DNA from: a virus
Taxonomy: Duplodnaviria; Heunggongvirae; Uroviricota; Caudoviricetes
IMG/VR virus record: IMGVR_UViG_3300037423_000296
Coordinates: 11,541-75,540 of that record
Direction: 5' to 3' (one strand)
Length of the DNA: 64,000 bases
The stretch's first letter is position 1. Every line of letters begins with the position of its first letter. The notes under the pieces are model-generated. The model was not told the DNA's origin. It ran no database searches and saw nothing but the letters and a program-made list of their open reading frames with translations. Both the position numbers and the translations under genes were made by a program. Below are positions 1 to 9,758 of this stretch, piece after piece.

Positions 1-145
1 ACAGTCTCCTGATTACCAGGATTGGGATTGATGACGAGCCAATCCTTTGGTGCTACTCAGAGTTGACAATCTTGAGACCCGGCCTTGACTTGATTCAGCG
101 TGTTCGTGCTGTTGTTACTGAGCACTATACGTGATAGACTGAATC

Positions 146-307
146 ATGCGTAATGTTGATGAGGAGAAGGTGAAGAAACTCTTGCGGAGCATTGTTGCAC
201 AGCTTGAGTCTCTTCATGACCCCAACATGTATACCAGAATGACATTCAGTGAAGTTTACCGACTAATCGATAGGACAGATATTACAAGTGAAGAAGAAAG
301 CACTTAA
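146..307 (+). CDS. small hypothetical protein (53 aa)
   Basis: ATG-initiated ORF read manually; overlaps the GTG start of the next ORF. Confidence 0.3.
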   Translation: MRNVDEEKVKKLLRSIVAQLESLHDPNMYTRMTFSEVYRLIDRTDITSEEEST

Positions 308-692
308 GGCGGTCGCTCTAGCAGCCACCGCCTTTCTCATTTTGACAGCCGAGGGATGTCCTCCCGAGGGAAGTCAGGCGAAGCGAGCCACAACGCCGGT
401 TATCACTAGGAGTGGTGACTACAAAATCACCAATAACTTCCATCCCAACATCCAGGCTCCCAAGCCGACAAAGGATTGTGAGTGGTGGATTCTTTATGAT
501 ATTCCAGGCGGAACTGCTGGAGCAGATGCCGTACAATTGAAGCATGTCACGACAACCGTGAAGACATCAGTCAACCTTGGAAGGGAATATACATTCAACT
601 ATCCAAGTCCGAAGAATGGTACCAAGGTTACTGTAATCGGTCGTGGAACTACGTTTGTGACTAAGGGTTGCGGCCCGTGGTATAAGAAGTGA
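288..692 (+). CDS. putative secreted/lipoprotein (GTG start, N-terminal signal peptide, Cys after hydrophobic stretch)
   Basis: ORF track; N-terminus MKKKALKAVALAATAFLILTAEGC. Confidence 0.5.
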   Translation: MKKKALKAVALAATAFLILTAEGCPPEGSQAKRATTPVITRSGDYKITNNFHPNIQAPKPTKDCEWWILYDIPGGTAGADAVQLKHVTTTVKTSVNLGREYTFNYPSPKNGTKVTVIGRGTTFVTKGCGPWYKK

Positions 693-839
693 GTTACAAC
701 GACGACGAGACTTGGACTATCACCGAGGAAGGGCGGGTTCTCACCAAGAAAGCCCACGTTCTCTTGGATGAAGGATGGGAAATGGACGAGGTTGCAAACT
801 TCCTTGGCCTTCCAAGTAAGCTCCATCTAATGATTCTGA

Positions 840-1112
840 TTGCTATGGATGCTGGGTATGAGTTGTGAGCATCGAGAGAGAACTCCAAAAGCCGCCGAAA
901 TGACGCTAGAGGACTCTCTCGACCACTTTCTAACCTGCTTCACACGAGAAGAGCAATTGCATTACTGGCAGTATTTCCGTGAAGACCAGCACACTGCCAG
1001 AAGGTGCCGTCAGAATGAGCATGAATATCTTATTCGTGAGCACCAAAACTACATTACTGTTTTGAGGAACCAACTTGACAAATACAGAGAGCAATCTCTC
1101 ACAGAAGATTGA
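840..1112 (+). CDS. hypothetical protein
   Basis: ORF track; overlaps thyX-like start by 38 nt. Confidence 0.4.
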   Translation: MLWMLGMSCEHRERTPKAAEMTLEDSLDHFLTCFTREEQLHYWQYFREDQHTARRCRQNEHEYLIREHQNYITVLRNQLDKYREQSLTED

Positions 1113-1785
1113 CGTACTTGACCATGGTTATGTGCGTTACATTAAGCATATGGGCGATGACCTTGACCCTGTTAATTCGGCTAAGGTCTCATTTGCGAAA
1201 GAATCCGCCGAATTCGGTGAGCGAGAAGCAAGACTTCTCGCATTCCTAGCCCGCGAAGAGCACACATCGGTATTTCGTCACTCTGCGTTAACATTTGAAG
1301 TCTATGCACCTTTGATGGTTGCCCGACAGTGGTTTAAGTACATTGTCGCTAGCTCTCACACCGAAGACCAGCAGGGGTGGAATGAATCTAGCCGTCGATA
1401 TGTGACCGAAGAGCCTACGTTCTACGTTCCTGAAGCACATCAGTGGCGCTCAGCCCCAGATAACAGGAAGCAAGGCTCCGGGGAACCGCTGGATTATCTT
1501 GAAGGAAGAGAGCAGATGCTTTCGTTGATGGAATACATTGAAGATGGCGAGCGTAGATATGAAAGGGCTTTGGAAGTAGGAGTTTGTGCCGAGCAGGCTC
1601 GACTCTTCTTGCCAGCCTACGGAATGTATGTTCGTTGGCGCTGGACTGCAAGTCTCGGTGCCGTAATGCACTTCTTGCATCAAAGACTTGAGCATGATGC
1701 TCAAAAGGAAATTCAGGATTTCGCTAAGGCAGTTCATGCACTTACAGCGCAACACTTCCCCGTAACGATGGAGACATTGGTATGA
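1075..1785 (+). CDS. thyX: ThyX-like flavin-dependent thymidylate synthase homolog with RHR motif replaced by KYI
   Basis: Recalled alignment to T. maritima ThyX: KIDVLDHGYV.., APLMVARQWF[KYI]VAS.., SSRRY, ARLFLP.., LHQRLEHDAQKEIQ. Confidence 0.85.
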   Translation: MTNTESNLSQKIDVLDHGYVRYIKHMGDDLDPVNSAKVSFAKESAEFGEREARLLAFLAREEHTSVFRHSALTFEVYAPLMVARQWFKYIVASSHTEDQQGWNESSRRYVTEEPTFYVPEAHQWRSAPDNRKQGSGEPLDYLEGREQMLSLMEYIEDGERRYERALEVGVCAEQARLFLPAYGMYVRWRWTASLGAVMHFLHQRLEHDAQKEIQDFAKAVHALTAQHFPVTMETLV

Positions 1786-1937
1786 AAAAGTTGGGAATTC
1801 TACTCTTCCCGTTGGTTTGGCTTATGGCTAGAGCACCAGGAAAGGCCGATAAGTGCCTCATTACCTTGGCTGCAATGGTCGGGTCTATGGCACTATGGGC
1901 GGCATTGGCAACCGGAGTGGTTAAGGTATTGGTATGA
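1782..1937 (+). CDS. small membrane protein (51 aa)
   Basis: manual ORF; hydrophobic; ATGA overlap with next ORF. Confidence 0.35.
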   Translation: MKKLGILLFPLVWLMARAPGKADKCLITLAAMVGSMALWAALATGVVKVLV

Positions 1938-2110
1938 ACAACAAGCACATCTATATCGGTGGACCTGCTGATGGAGTTCGGACGGAAGTCGTAATCGATG
2001 GTCAGCCTAAAGAACTGGACAGTATTAGGCGCGATGGAACCTTGTATAGATTTAATGGAGTAGTCAATCACGACGGGTATCGAGAAATGATGTGTGAGGA
2101 AGTTGGCTAA
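1934..2110 (+). CDS. small hypothetical protein (58 aa)
   Basis: manual ORF, translationally coupled (ATGA). Confidence 0.35.
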   Translation: MNNKHIYIGGPADGVRTEVVIDGQPKELDSIRRDGTLYRFNGVVNHDGYREMMCEEVG

Positions 2111-2280
2111 TGATGAATAACTTGCGGGTATTCAATGGCAACTACAGGTTCCATGTCTACAAGGGTCGCAAGCTCGTGTACAATGGGAACAGTAGGTTCA
2201 TCGCCGGGATTTATCGGCTGATTGAACGATTCGACAAAAATTATTACGTGGGTGATTTGAATGGCACAAAAGGTAGGTAG
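2110..2280 (+). CDS. small hypothetical protein (56 aa)
   Basis: manual ORF. Confidence 0.3.
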   Translation: MMNNLRVFNGNYRFHVYKGRKLVYNGNSRFIAGIYRLIERFDKNYYVGDLNGTKGR

Positions 2281-2566
2281 CCTTCACGTACACGAACTTC
2301 CAGATAACCGCGACATCGAAATTAGGTCCGAAGTTTACCAATGTAACTGTGGTAGGGAGTTCTTCGTGGAGGAGAATAAGGAGTCCGGATGGGCTAAGCA
2401 ACCTAAGAAGTGGGTTGAGGTTGACTCGTCCTCCTTCTTGGTTGAGTATGACAGGACTGTCGAAGGACAGACCTTCATCGGACGGGCCACAGCAGAAACA
2501 GTATTCGATGAGCCTGCCTCAGAGGAGGTAATCGATGGCGGAACAGAACCAGCAACCACCGATTGA
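2261..2566 (+). CDS. hypothetical protein
   Basis: ORF track. Confidence 0.45.
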   Translation: MAQKVGSLHVHELPDNRDIEIRSEVYQCNCGREFFVEENKESGWAKQPKKWVEVDSSSFLVEYDRTVEGQTFIGRATAETVFDEPASEEVIDGGTEPATTD

Positions 2567-2744
2567 TTCGGTCTTTCATCCTGATAACATTGGGCCAGTA
2601 ACAGTCATCCAGCTAACCCGGCTTTATGATGCTGCGATGGCCTTGCTGGCTATTGCTGACCCAGAGAAGGCTCTTAAGATGGCTGAGGCTCACGCCAAGG
2701 GCATCACACTCACACCAGCCCCGGCTTTTACAGAAGAGGATTAA
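2535..2744 (+). CDS. hypothetical protein
   Basis: ORF track. Confidence 0.4.
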   Translation: MAEQNQQPPIDSVFHPDNIGPVTVIQLTRLYDAAMALLAIADPEKALKMAEAHAKGITLTPAPAFTEED

Positions 2745-3185
2745 ATGCTTACGTATTACACAGATGGTTCATGCGCTCCAACCAATCCAGGTCCGGGTGG
2801 TTTCGCCGTTATTCAAGACGGCAAGCCAGTCTATCTAGGCAAGGATGAATGGACAACCAATATCCGGATGGAGGGTGAAGCGATGCTTCACGCCATTGTT
2901 CATTCCAAAGGCAAGACGTGCACCATCTACTCAGACTCCGAATTCTGGATTAACGTCCTCACCAAGTGGGCTCCAGGCTGGAAGGGTAAGGGTTGGAAGA
3001 AGTCGAGTGGCGAAATCAAGAATCTCGACCTTGTGAAGGAGCTATACTCTGCCTACGTAGCATCTGATGCCAGGCTTGTTTGGGTCAAGGGCCACGCCGA
3101 TGATGTCGGAAATATCGCGGCTGATGAGTGGGCCAACAAAGCCAGAGAAGGTGTAACCCTTGATTTTCAAGACAATCACCGTTGA
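2745..3185 (+). CDS. rnhA: ribonuclease H (RNase HI family)
   Basis: YTDGSC N-terminal motif, overall RNase H-like sequence. Confidence 0.9.
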   Translation: MLTYYTDGSCAPTNPGPGGFAVIQDGKPVYLGKDEWTTNIRMEGEAMLHAIVHSKGKTCTIYSDSEFWINVLTKWAPGWKGKGWKKSSGEIKNLDLVKELYSAYVASDARLVWVKGHADDVGNIAADEWANKAREGVTLDFQDNHR

Positions 3186-3357
3186 ATTCTATGAGCCATG
3201 GGGTAAAGGGTTTCGGACATTCAACGGCTGGGTATATTACCTGGCAACAGTAAGTGACTACGTATTTTACGAAATTAGTCCCAGTGAGCACAAGCACAAG
3301 CCTCTTGCTACAATCGATAAGTCAAGGGTAAAGGCTATTACGGAGAAATTTCTATGA
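3160..3357 (+). CDS. hypothetical protein
   Basis: ORF track. Confidence 0.4.
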   Translation: MIFKTITVEFYEPWGKGFRTFNGWVYYLATVSDYVFYEISPSEHKHKPLATIDKSRVKAITEKFL

Positions 3358-3636
3358 ATGGCAAGGTCGCTTCATTCGTCCTAAGCGCTGTAGTCGCAGG
3401 ATTCCTTATGAGCCAATCCGACCACAAAGCATTGGACGACTGTAACCATAAGGACGGGATTTACATAAGTGGAGCCTGCCAAGAAAAGGAGGTAGTGTAA
3501 TGATTAAGGTCTATAAGGCTGGTAAGCTTGTAGCTTCATATGACCCAGCGCTGTATTATGCCGACCCAGCCGGTGGCAAGCTGAACATCCGCTTGCTCAC
3601 CACTCACGCAATTACAACCACCTATCAAATCGGTCA

Positions 3637-3828
3637 ATGGACGGACGTGAAGTGAAGAAAGTATGGATTGATATTAGCGAGGGCCATGTAGTTCTCTTTG
3701 ATAGTCATACCGGCGAGCCAATCGTCGGCTGGGCTGACGATGAGGACTGGGGTCTTAAGGAAGCCTACGCATACGTTGAACGCTACGGATTCCATGTTAC
3801 GCACGAAGTGAGGCCATTAGTTGACTGA
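3637..3828 (+). CDS. hypothetical protein
   Basis: ORF track. Confidence 0.4.
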   Translation: MDGREVKKVWIDISEGHVVLFDSHTGEPIVGWADDEDWGLKEAYAYVERYGFHVTHEVRPLVD

Positions 3829-4171
3829 CAATTGTGTATTTTGTGAAATTGTGAAAACTGGGGATGCTGAAGAGTTCTACCGGCATGACAAATTTGTCGT
3901 TTCGTTCGTCCCTCTTAACCCAGTAACGCCGGGTCACAGATTGTTTGTACCAGCAAGACATGGTGATGACATTGCCGATGACCCCACATGGGGAACTCTT
4001 GCAGTAAGAGCGGCAGCAGATTACGCTAATGCAAATGGACACGACTTCAACCTGATTACTTCTGGTGGCTCATTCGCTACCCAGACAGTGTTCCATACGC
4101 ACATTCACTATGTGCCCCGTCGAGAAAACGACGGGCTCTTCTTGCCATGGACGGAGCACTGGTGTCTATGA
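3821..4171 (+). CDS. HIT-family (histidine triad) nucleotide hydrolase
   Basis: HTHIHYVP histidine-triad motif, CVFC N-terminus. Confidence 0.85.
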   Translation: MTDNCVFCEIVKTGDAEEFYRHDKFVVSFVPLNPVTPGHRLFVPARHGDDIADDPTWGTLAVRAAADYANANGHDFNLITSGGSFATQTVFHTHIHYVPRRENDGLFLPWTEHWCL

Positions 4172-4410
4172 GACTAGTAATCGAATATCTTGATGGTACC
4201 AAGGATATTACTGGTGTTCTCGATAATGTAGAAACCTGGGAAGAATTTAACAAGATGTTCAGCGGTGGACCAGTTCACAGCATGACGGTACCTAAGTCGG
4301 ATGTCGGAATGATGTGGATTCCGGGTTCAGCTATCAAGAAAATTTACGAATACGTTCCCGTGCAAGAACCTATCAAGGTAAAGAAGGTTCCAAAATGGAG
4401 TTCGAAATGA
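4147..4410 (+). CDS. hypothetical protein
   Basis: ORF track. Confidence 0.45.
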   Translation: MDGALVSMRLVIEYLDGTKDITGVLDNVETWEEFNKMFSGGPVHSMTVPKSDVGMMWIPGSAIKKIYEYVPVQEPIKVKKVPKWSSK

Positions 4411-4562
4411 ACGATATCGACAAAAGAATCGAGAGGGCAGGAGAATATCAAGACACTCGCGGCAAATGTGTAATTTGCGGCGGCTGGTTTCAGGTCTGTC
4501 CTCACAGTATGACTCAGTGTAATCTTGCGATAGAGTACTATAGAATGAGGAGGTGTACATGA
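4407..4562 (+). CDS. small zinc-ribbon protein
   Basis: CVICGG...CPHSMTQC; ATGA overlap with upstream gene. Confidence 0.35.
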   Translation: MNDIDKRIERAGEYQDTRGKCVICGGWFQVCPHSMTQCNLAIEYYRMRRCT

Positions 4563-4888
4563 ACATCGTAAAACCAACTTTGCCAGATGGATGGACATTC
4601 TCCGTTTACTTTGACGATACCCTTGGAACTTCAGTAATCCAATGCTCAGGTCCAGGGTATAACTGGTCAGCACAGGTTGTTAAAAGCGCCGACCCAAATG
4701 CTGTCGAGCAGAATGTTAATAGCATTCTCGCGGATTACGCAGATAGAGCGGCGGCTGCCGAAAAGGTTAGAGCAGACTGGTCAAAGAAGCAGCTAGCAGA
4801 AGCACAAGACAGGATTGCTGCAAAGGCTCTGTCCGATGAAATCAAGCGGGCTCTTCCAGGCACTCCACGACAGATTCAGGGAAGATAA
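4553..4888 (+). CDS. hypothetical protein
   Basis: ORF track. Confidence 0.45.
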   Translation: MYMNIVKPTLPDGWTFSVYFDDTLGTSVIQCSGPGYNWSAQVVKSADPNAVEQNVNSILADYADRAAAAEKVRADWSKKQLAEAQDRIAAKALSDEIKRALPGTPRQIQGR

Positions 4889-4890
4889 TC

Positions 4891-5085
4891 ATGATGGAAG
4901 CATACGCAGCAGTTCACGGAGTGGATGAAGATGATAAGTTTGTCATTACAATTCATGAAAGGGATACTGATACTCTACAAGTGAAGTTCCGAATTAACAA
5001 TTGCACTAAGTTCACCGTCAAGATTATGCAGTTCGTTGAAGAGGAAGCTTCAAAAAGGAATTACAACGTAGTGGAGTGGAGATGA
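4891..5085 (+). CDS. hypothetical protein
   Basis: ORF track. Confidence 0.4.
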   Translation: MMEAYAAVHGVDEDDKFVITIHERDTDTLQVKFRINNCTKFTVKIMQFVEEEASKRNYNVVEWR

Positions 5086-5282
5086 CCGTACAAAAGGGAC
5101 CGGCTCTATGCAATGAATACCTCATCCTAGATGAGGGAACAACTCTAGCCGTATGCTACACAGAGCTTCCTTGCTCAAAGGAGCATGCAACGGAGCGAGA
5201 AATCGCGGCTTGGCGTGAGCGTGTAGAATCACGTATTGCAGAACTAGAAGCAGAGTATTGGAGATTGAAGGATTCAGAATGA
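5076..5282 (+). CDS. hypothetical protein
   Basis: ORF track. Confidence 0.4.
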   Translation: MEMTVQKGPALCNEYLILDEGTTLAVCYTELPCSKEHATEREIAAWRERVESRIAELEAEYWRLKDSE

Positions 5283-5476
5283 AAGATTTCGCCGGAAAGG
5301 AATTTGAGGTCGGCCAAACGGTAGCCTTGTGTCTTCCCTACTACAAACATCTCGTAAAAGGCCGGGTTGAGAAGATTGGTAACAAGATGGTCTCCTGTTC
5401 ATACAAAGGCCCATGGGGAGAAGACACCACAGCAAGGTATCCCAATCAGGTGATTATCATGGACGACAATGACTGA
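5258..5476 (+). CDS. hypothetical protein
   Basis: ORF track. Confidence 0.4.
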   Translation: MEIEGFRMKDFAGKEFEVGQTVALCLPYYKHLVKGRVEKIGNKMVSCSYKGPWGEDTTARYPNQVIIMDDND

Positions 5477-5660
5477 CCTAGACAAGCTAAAGAGTCTTCT
5501 CGATGAATGGGAAGTCCCATACGAAGAAGAGGATAACGCCATCACGCTCGAAGCCAATCAGTGGGATGACGATGCAAAGGTAACCGGCTATAGCGGCTTT
5601 GTAACACATGTTACTTTTGATGAAGAAGGCAAATTTCGCCGGATTGGTATTTGGGAATGA
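5469..5660 (+). CDS. hypothetical protein
   Basis: ORF track. Confidence 0.4.
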   Translation: MTDLDKLKSLLDEWEVPYEEEDNAITLEANQWDDDAKVTGYSGFVTHVTFDEEGKFRRIGIWE

Positions 5661-5817
5661 CAGAAACAGAACTAGATGAACTAAAGAACAAATGGTTCCA
5701 TCTCGGATGGGAGGCGGCTCTACGAGAGGTCGTCCTTTGCGAAGAATCTACAGATTACGGCGGTGTAGAATTCGCACGGGATTGGTTGAAGAGTCATGCC
5801 AAGGAGGTAGGTAAGTA

Positions 5818-6045
5818 ATGACAGATATCGGTCCCAAGACATATGTACTCAAGGGAGGGGCTCATGACGGATTAATTCTAAGGTCAATAAGCCCTATTAA
5901 GTCGATTGCTGTCGATGACAACGCATATGCAGATATGGGCGATGTCGATGAGAACGGATTCGTAGTACTAGAGAATGCAGTCGTCCTTGGATTGTCAAAA
6001 CTCGGCAAAGACCCTCTTGGTGGAGATGGCAAGAAGCTCTTCTGA
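5818..6045 (+). CDS. hypothetical protein
   Basis: ORF track. Confidence 0.4.
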   Translation: MTDIGPKTYVLKGGAHDGLILRSISPIKSIAVDDNAYADMGDVDENGFVVLENAVVLGLSKLGKDPLGGDGKKLF

Positions 6046-6126
6046 TGCGGCGCGAATCCTAGTCAACTAGAATTTCTATTCCCCAAATGTCCAAATTTGT
6101 GTTAGATGTATGATATGGGGTTCCTA

Positions 6127-6147
6127 AATCGAAAATGCTTTCGATTA
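6127..6147. terminator. hairpin aatcgaaaATGCtttcgatt (first of two at convergent junction)
   Basis: inverted repeat read in sequence. Confidence 0.45.
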
Positions 6148-6155
6148 GTGCGCAC

Positions 6156-6192
6156 AGAAAGGCATATAGGAATTGACCCTATATGCCTTTCT
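6156..6192. terminator. bidirectional intrinsic terminator, 14-15 bp perfect stem (agaaaggcatatagg / cctatatgcctttct)
   Basis: perfect inverted repeat between convergent gene blocks. Confidence 0.7.
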
Positions 6193-6295
6193 CCGCAATT
6201 CGCCGGATTACCCTATGACCATTCCAATGAGAACAACAATTCCCATTAGAACGAATGCCAACATAACCGCATAAACCAATAGGGTAATCACTACG

Positions 6296-6547
6296 TCACG
6301 CAATTGCCTTAGCCCAATACAGGACACCGTTGCATTCTTGCTCGAATGGCAAGGGTGAATTGCGCAAGGCAGAATAGATAGGCGCGTATATCTCATCCGC
6401 ACCCTCGCCTATCTCGTCATAGGCCTTATCCCAATTGCTTTCTACCTTGAGCAATAGTTCGGCTATGCATTCGTATGGGTTATCCCTTTTGATGATGGTA
6501 AAAGGCTCATTCCCTACAGCCTGCCATCCTGCCGCGTATCCGCTCAT
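6296..6547 (-). CDS. hypothetical protein
   Basis: ORF track. Confidence 0.4.
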   Translation of the reverse strand: MSGYAAGWQAVGNEPFTIIKRDNPYECIAELLLKVESNWDKAYDEIGEGADEIYAPIYSALRNSPLPFEQECNGVLYWAKAIA

Positions 6548-6651
6548 ATCCCTATCCCTACGGTCACAGCCCTACCCATGCGGGTAGGGCTTTAGCTGTG
6601 TGCCTAAGCCTGTCTAGCTAGGCAGTGTGCCTATGCCTAAAGGCACGGGCT

Positions 6652-6924
6652 CTATGCTGGGATAGGCCTGTAGATATCCACCCTCTCACCCTTGCCTACA
6701 GACACAGGGAAAGGCTGATTGAACGAACCGAAATAGGTCTCTACTTTCTCCCCCGACACGCTAGCTACGCGGGTATAGGTGGCAATGTCGATTCCCCGTA
6801 CGGGCACTAGTACACGCAAGTAGTCACCCTCTCGGATGCTACGCACGGTCCTGTCAGTGAGCCTGTCTACCCTGAGAGTCTGCATATTCGGGAGGGTAAT
6901 CGTCGCCTTAATTGCCTTTGCCAT
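6652..6924 (-). CDS. hypothetical protein (start moved to MAKAIKAT)
   Basis: ORF track, internal ATG chosen. Confidence 0.4.
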   Translation of the reverse strand: MAKAIKATITLPNMQTLRVDRLTDRTVRSIREGDYLRVLVPVRGIDIATYTRVASVSGEKVETYFGSFNQPFPVSVGKGERVDIYRPIPA

Positions 6925-7104
6925 AGTGCTAAATGCCTTTCTAGTGGTTTTTGGTGGGTAATTGGCATTAATTGGGCCAATATCCCTTGTTTTTCGCCAA
7001 AATCGGCGCTTTTTGCGGTGAAAACAGGAACTTGTTCCTGTTTTATTACCCATAGTAACAATGGCAGAATATTGACGTTAGTTAACATTCTGCTAGGTAA
7101 AGCA

Positions 7105-7485
7105 TTAGGCAGGCTCGACTACTGCCAAAGCCAACGGTTGCGTGTCGTCGTCGGTAATGTGCAGCTTGATAACCGCATCCGGATAGTGCTCACGCGGATA
7201 CCTGAAAAGCAGTTCCGATTCGTCTGGGCTTTCGATGGGGTCGGAGTACCAAAGCCACATCTCCGAATCCTCGCCCACATTCGGAGTCAACTTCGAATCC
7301 GGCTCACGGTTGACGTAGTCGAAATCTTGCGTCAGCCAATGTCCCGACACGTACCTATCCACCAAAGCATCTTTGGCAGCTTCAAGGGTGGGGAATGTTT
7401 CTAAGTATTCCCATGGGTAGGACATGGCGTAGTTAGTGCCTCCGTACCATTCGACCCAGACCCGCGATTTTTCGTCAGTGCTCAT
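7105..7485 (-). CDS. hypothetical protein
   Basis: ORF track. Confidence 0.5.
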   Translation of the reverse strand: MSTDEKSRVWVEWYGGTNYAMSYPWEYLETFPTLEAAKDALVDRYVSGHWLTQDFDYVNREPDSKLTPNVGEDSEMWLWYSDPIESPDESELLFRYPREHYPDAVIKLHITDDDTQPLALAVVEPA

Positions 7486-7580
7486 CCTGCCTAGACCTTT
7501 CGTGATTGTCCCTAGATTCGATTCTGAGAGACTTTGGCACAGTGAGGGTAGGTCACCCCACCCTCACCCGCCATGATGCC

Positions 7581-7790
7581 TCAGACTCGCTTGTACGCCG
7601 TCCGTGGATTCGGTAGCGGCTGACTGCCTTCCGGCCACGTGTAAATGTGGTACTGGCCTGCCGGATATTTGTCTTTGCGCAGACCAAAGCGAATGACGTT
7701 ATCGACACTCGCGTAATGCTCGAAAGACTGGTCATCCGTCCCGAGCTTTTCTCGTCCGCTCTCAGTGAGTGCGACGACTAGATAGCGCAT
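7581..7790 (-). CDS. hypothetical protein
   Basis: ORF track. Confidence 0.45.
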   Translation of the reverse strand: MRYLVVALTESGREKLGTDDQSFEHYASVDNVIRFGLRKDKYPAGQYHIYTWPEGSQPLPNPRTAYKRV

Positions 7791-7793
7791 GTC

Positions 7794-8126
7794 TCAATCC
7801 CTTTCCGCATGGTCGTATTCGAACGGGCATCGTGCGGACGGGTAAAGGTCTGGGAATGACTTGCCACACTCTCCGCAAGTCACCACATCGGAGCGGGTAG
7901 GGATTCCCTCGCCTTCCCATGTCTCTACCCATTCGCTTTGGTCACCCTCACTGAAAACAAGGGTGACGCTAAAGCGGTCCTCTCCGAAGTAATCCGGATT
8001 CATTCGGGATTTCAACTCATCCCGAATTGCCACGTAGGCCGATTCCCTTCCACCATCACGGGTAACCCCGGTAACCAGCGCGTGCCAGTTACCGAAGTTG
8101 TCAGCCCATGTCTGCACGCTAGCCAT
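7794..8126 (-). CDS. hypothetical protein (Cys-rich C-terminus)
   Basis: ORF track. Confidence 0.5.
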   Translation of the reverse strand: MASVQTWADNFGNWHALVTGVTRDGGRESAYVAIRDELKSRMNPDYFGEDRFSVTLVFSEGDQSEWVETWEGEGIPTRSDVVTCGECGKSFPDLYPSARCPFEYDHAERD

Positions 8127-8373
8127 TGGTCAATTTCTCCAATCGGTATTCGGTGTCAGTGTCAAGGAAGAAATCCTCACCCTTGACGATGATGTAAACG
8201 CTCGCGGAATTGCCGTAGGCCATGGCGTAAACCCGTCGCCAAATACCCGCGTATTTCAGCATGTAGCGGGTAGGAATCTTCCCTCCGTACCCGCTCACTG
8301 TCTGCCCGCTACGCGGAACATCGGTCACCCTCGCGTCAGTCACAAGCTGACTGTCTGTGCGCTGCACTGTCAT
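8119..8373 (-). CDS. hypothetical protein
   Basis: ORF track. Confidence 0.45.
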   Translation of the reverse strand: MTVQRTDSQLVTDARVTDVPRSGQTVSGYGGKIPTRYMLKYAGIWRRVYAMAYGNSASVYIIVKGEDFFLDTDTEYRLEKLTNG

Positions 8374-8428
8374 GTCTCATCCCTTCCAAGCCTGTAAGGC
8401 ATGGGAAAGCGGTTGCTAAGGCTCTAAC

Positions 8429-8462
8429 GGGTCCGACCCTAGGGAAGGCCTAGGGTCGGACC
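8429..8462. repeat. perfect 14-bp inverted repeat ggtccgaccctagg/cctagggtcggacc (hairpin/operator)
   Basis: read in sequence; intergenic. Confidence 0.5.
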
Positions 8463-8539
8463 TTGAAATCGTCTCTGTGAGCCCTACAGGCTCACTGCCG
8501 TAGGCACAGGCTTACAGGCCTGCCTAGCGGACACAGGCT

Positions 8540-8931
8540 CTACGCGCCTGCCGGACCCCATGACGGAGACTGGTCTACGGTGCCTCCGTCGTCACCCTCA
8601 CCCTCCCAATCGGCGTATTGGTCCTCAAGCTGCCGGTAGCGACGGATGAGGTCCGATTCCGCGTGATAGCGGGTGATGTGGATAAACCCTTGCGAGTCAG
8701 TCATCACGAGAAAGTAACCGACTGCCTCACGCAATTGCTCGTCAGTCATGCCGTAAGCGCTGATGACATCAGCGAATGAGTCTTTGATTCCTCCCGGCCA
8801 TCCGAAGACTTCCGACTCACTGTTGCTAATGCGCGCGAAATGACCGGTAGGGCTTTCAACGTCTCCGTCCGATTCGTTCGCCCACCCTCCGGTAATCATG
8901 GCGTCGAATAGGGCTTCAAGCGGAGTACGCA
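8540..8931 (-). CDS. hypothetical protein (start at MRTPLEALF)
   Basis: ORF track trimmed to internal ATG adjacent to upstream stop. Confidence 0.45.
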
Positions 8932-8945
8932 TGATGTGCTGCCTT

Positions 8946-9347
8946 TCAGTCGTCGTAACGTGCCCAGTACGGGTCACTGGTTGGAAGGGATGCCGCGAGA
9001 TTGCACATCCCTTGATAGCGAGAGGTAGTGGGCGAGTAGGACACGTCAGGGATAACCCATCCGTGAGTTTCCTTTGGTCCACCCTCGCTAGTGGGTACCC
9101 ACCATGCAATAGGCGTGTCATAGGACCACACAACGTATTGCGCTCCGGAGTGAATGAAACGGTCCTGCCATTCGGCAGGCAGTTGCGTGTCTGTCGGCAG
9201 GCTGAGGCTCGCACCCTCGCGGATGTTCTCTCCCCTGTGCGAGAGGGTGGCAGTGCGGAAATTCCGCATCATGTTCACCTCTCGTGCTACCTGCCTACGG
9301 GTGACCTTGCGAGTCATGGCAATTTCCTTTCTTGGCTTTGCCTTCAT
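8946..9347 (-). CDS. hypothetical protein
   Basis: ORF track. Confidence 0.4.
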   Translation of the reverse strand: MKAKPRKEIAMTRKVTRRQVAREVNMMRNFRTATLSHRGENIREGASLSLPTDTQLPAEWQDRFIHSGAQYVVWSYDTPIAWWVPTSEGGPKETHGWVIPDVSYSPTTSRYQGMCNLAASLPTSDPYWARYDD

Positions 9348-9416
9348 TGGTCGCTAGTGAGCACTAGCTTTCGCGTCACCCGCGATTTTTCGCACGGGTG
9401 ACACAAGAGTCATTGC

Positions 9417-9758
9417 TCACTCTGGGCTGTAACCGTCCGCATGTTCCTGCTCCGTGATTTCGTACAGCCTGCCGCTCGAATGGCGCTGTCTCGCAGTAGG
9501 TGGCTTAGGCGGGTTAGTGAACAACTCCGATTCACTCGCCCACCATCCGCACCTACGCTGCAAAGCTTCAAGCGCGCTTGCCTTAGATGCGACTCGCACA
9601 TCACTGCCCGTGGAAAACACGTAGAGCGGATTCCGGTCATCGTCAATCAGCCGGATTTCCCATCCGGCATCGATGACTGTCACGTATCGACGGGTGAAGC
9701 CTGCCTGTATCGACACGCGGAATTCAATCCGGTTGTTAATGGGCTCGAATGTCGCCAT
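9417..9758 (-). CDS. hypothetical protein
   Basis: ORF track. Confidence 0.45.
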   Translation of the reverse strand: MATFEPINNRIEFRVSIQAGFTRRYVTVIDAGWEIRLIDDDRNPLYVFSTGSDVRVASKASALEALQRRCGWWASESELFTNPPKPPTARQRHSSGRLYEITEQEHADGYSPE

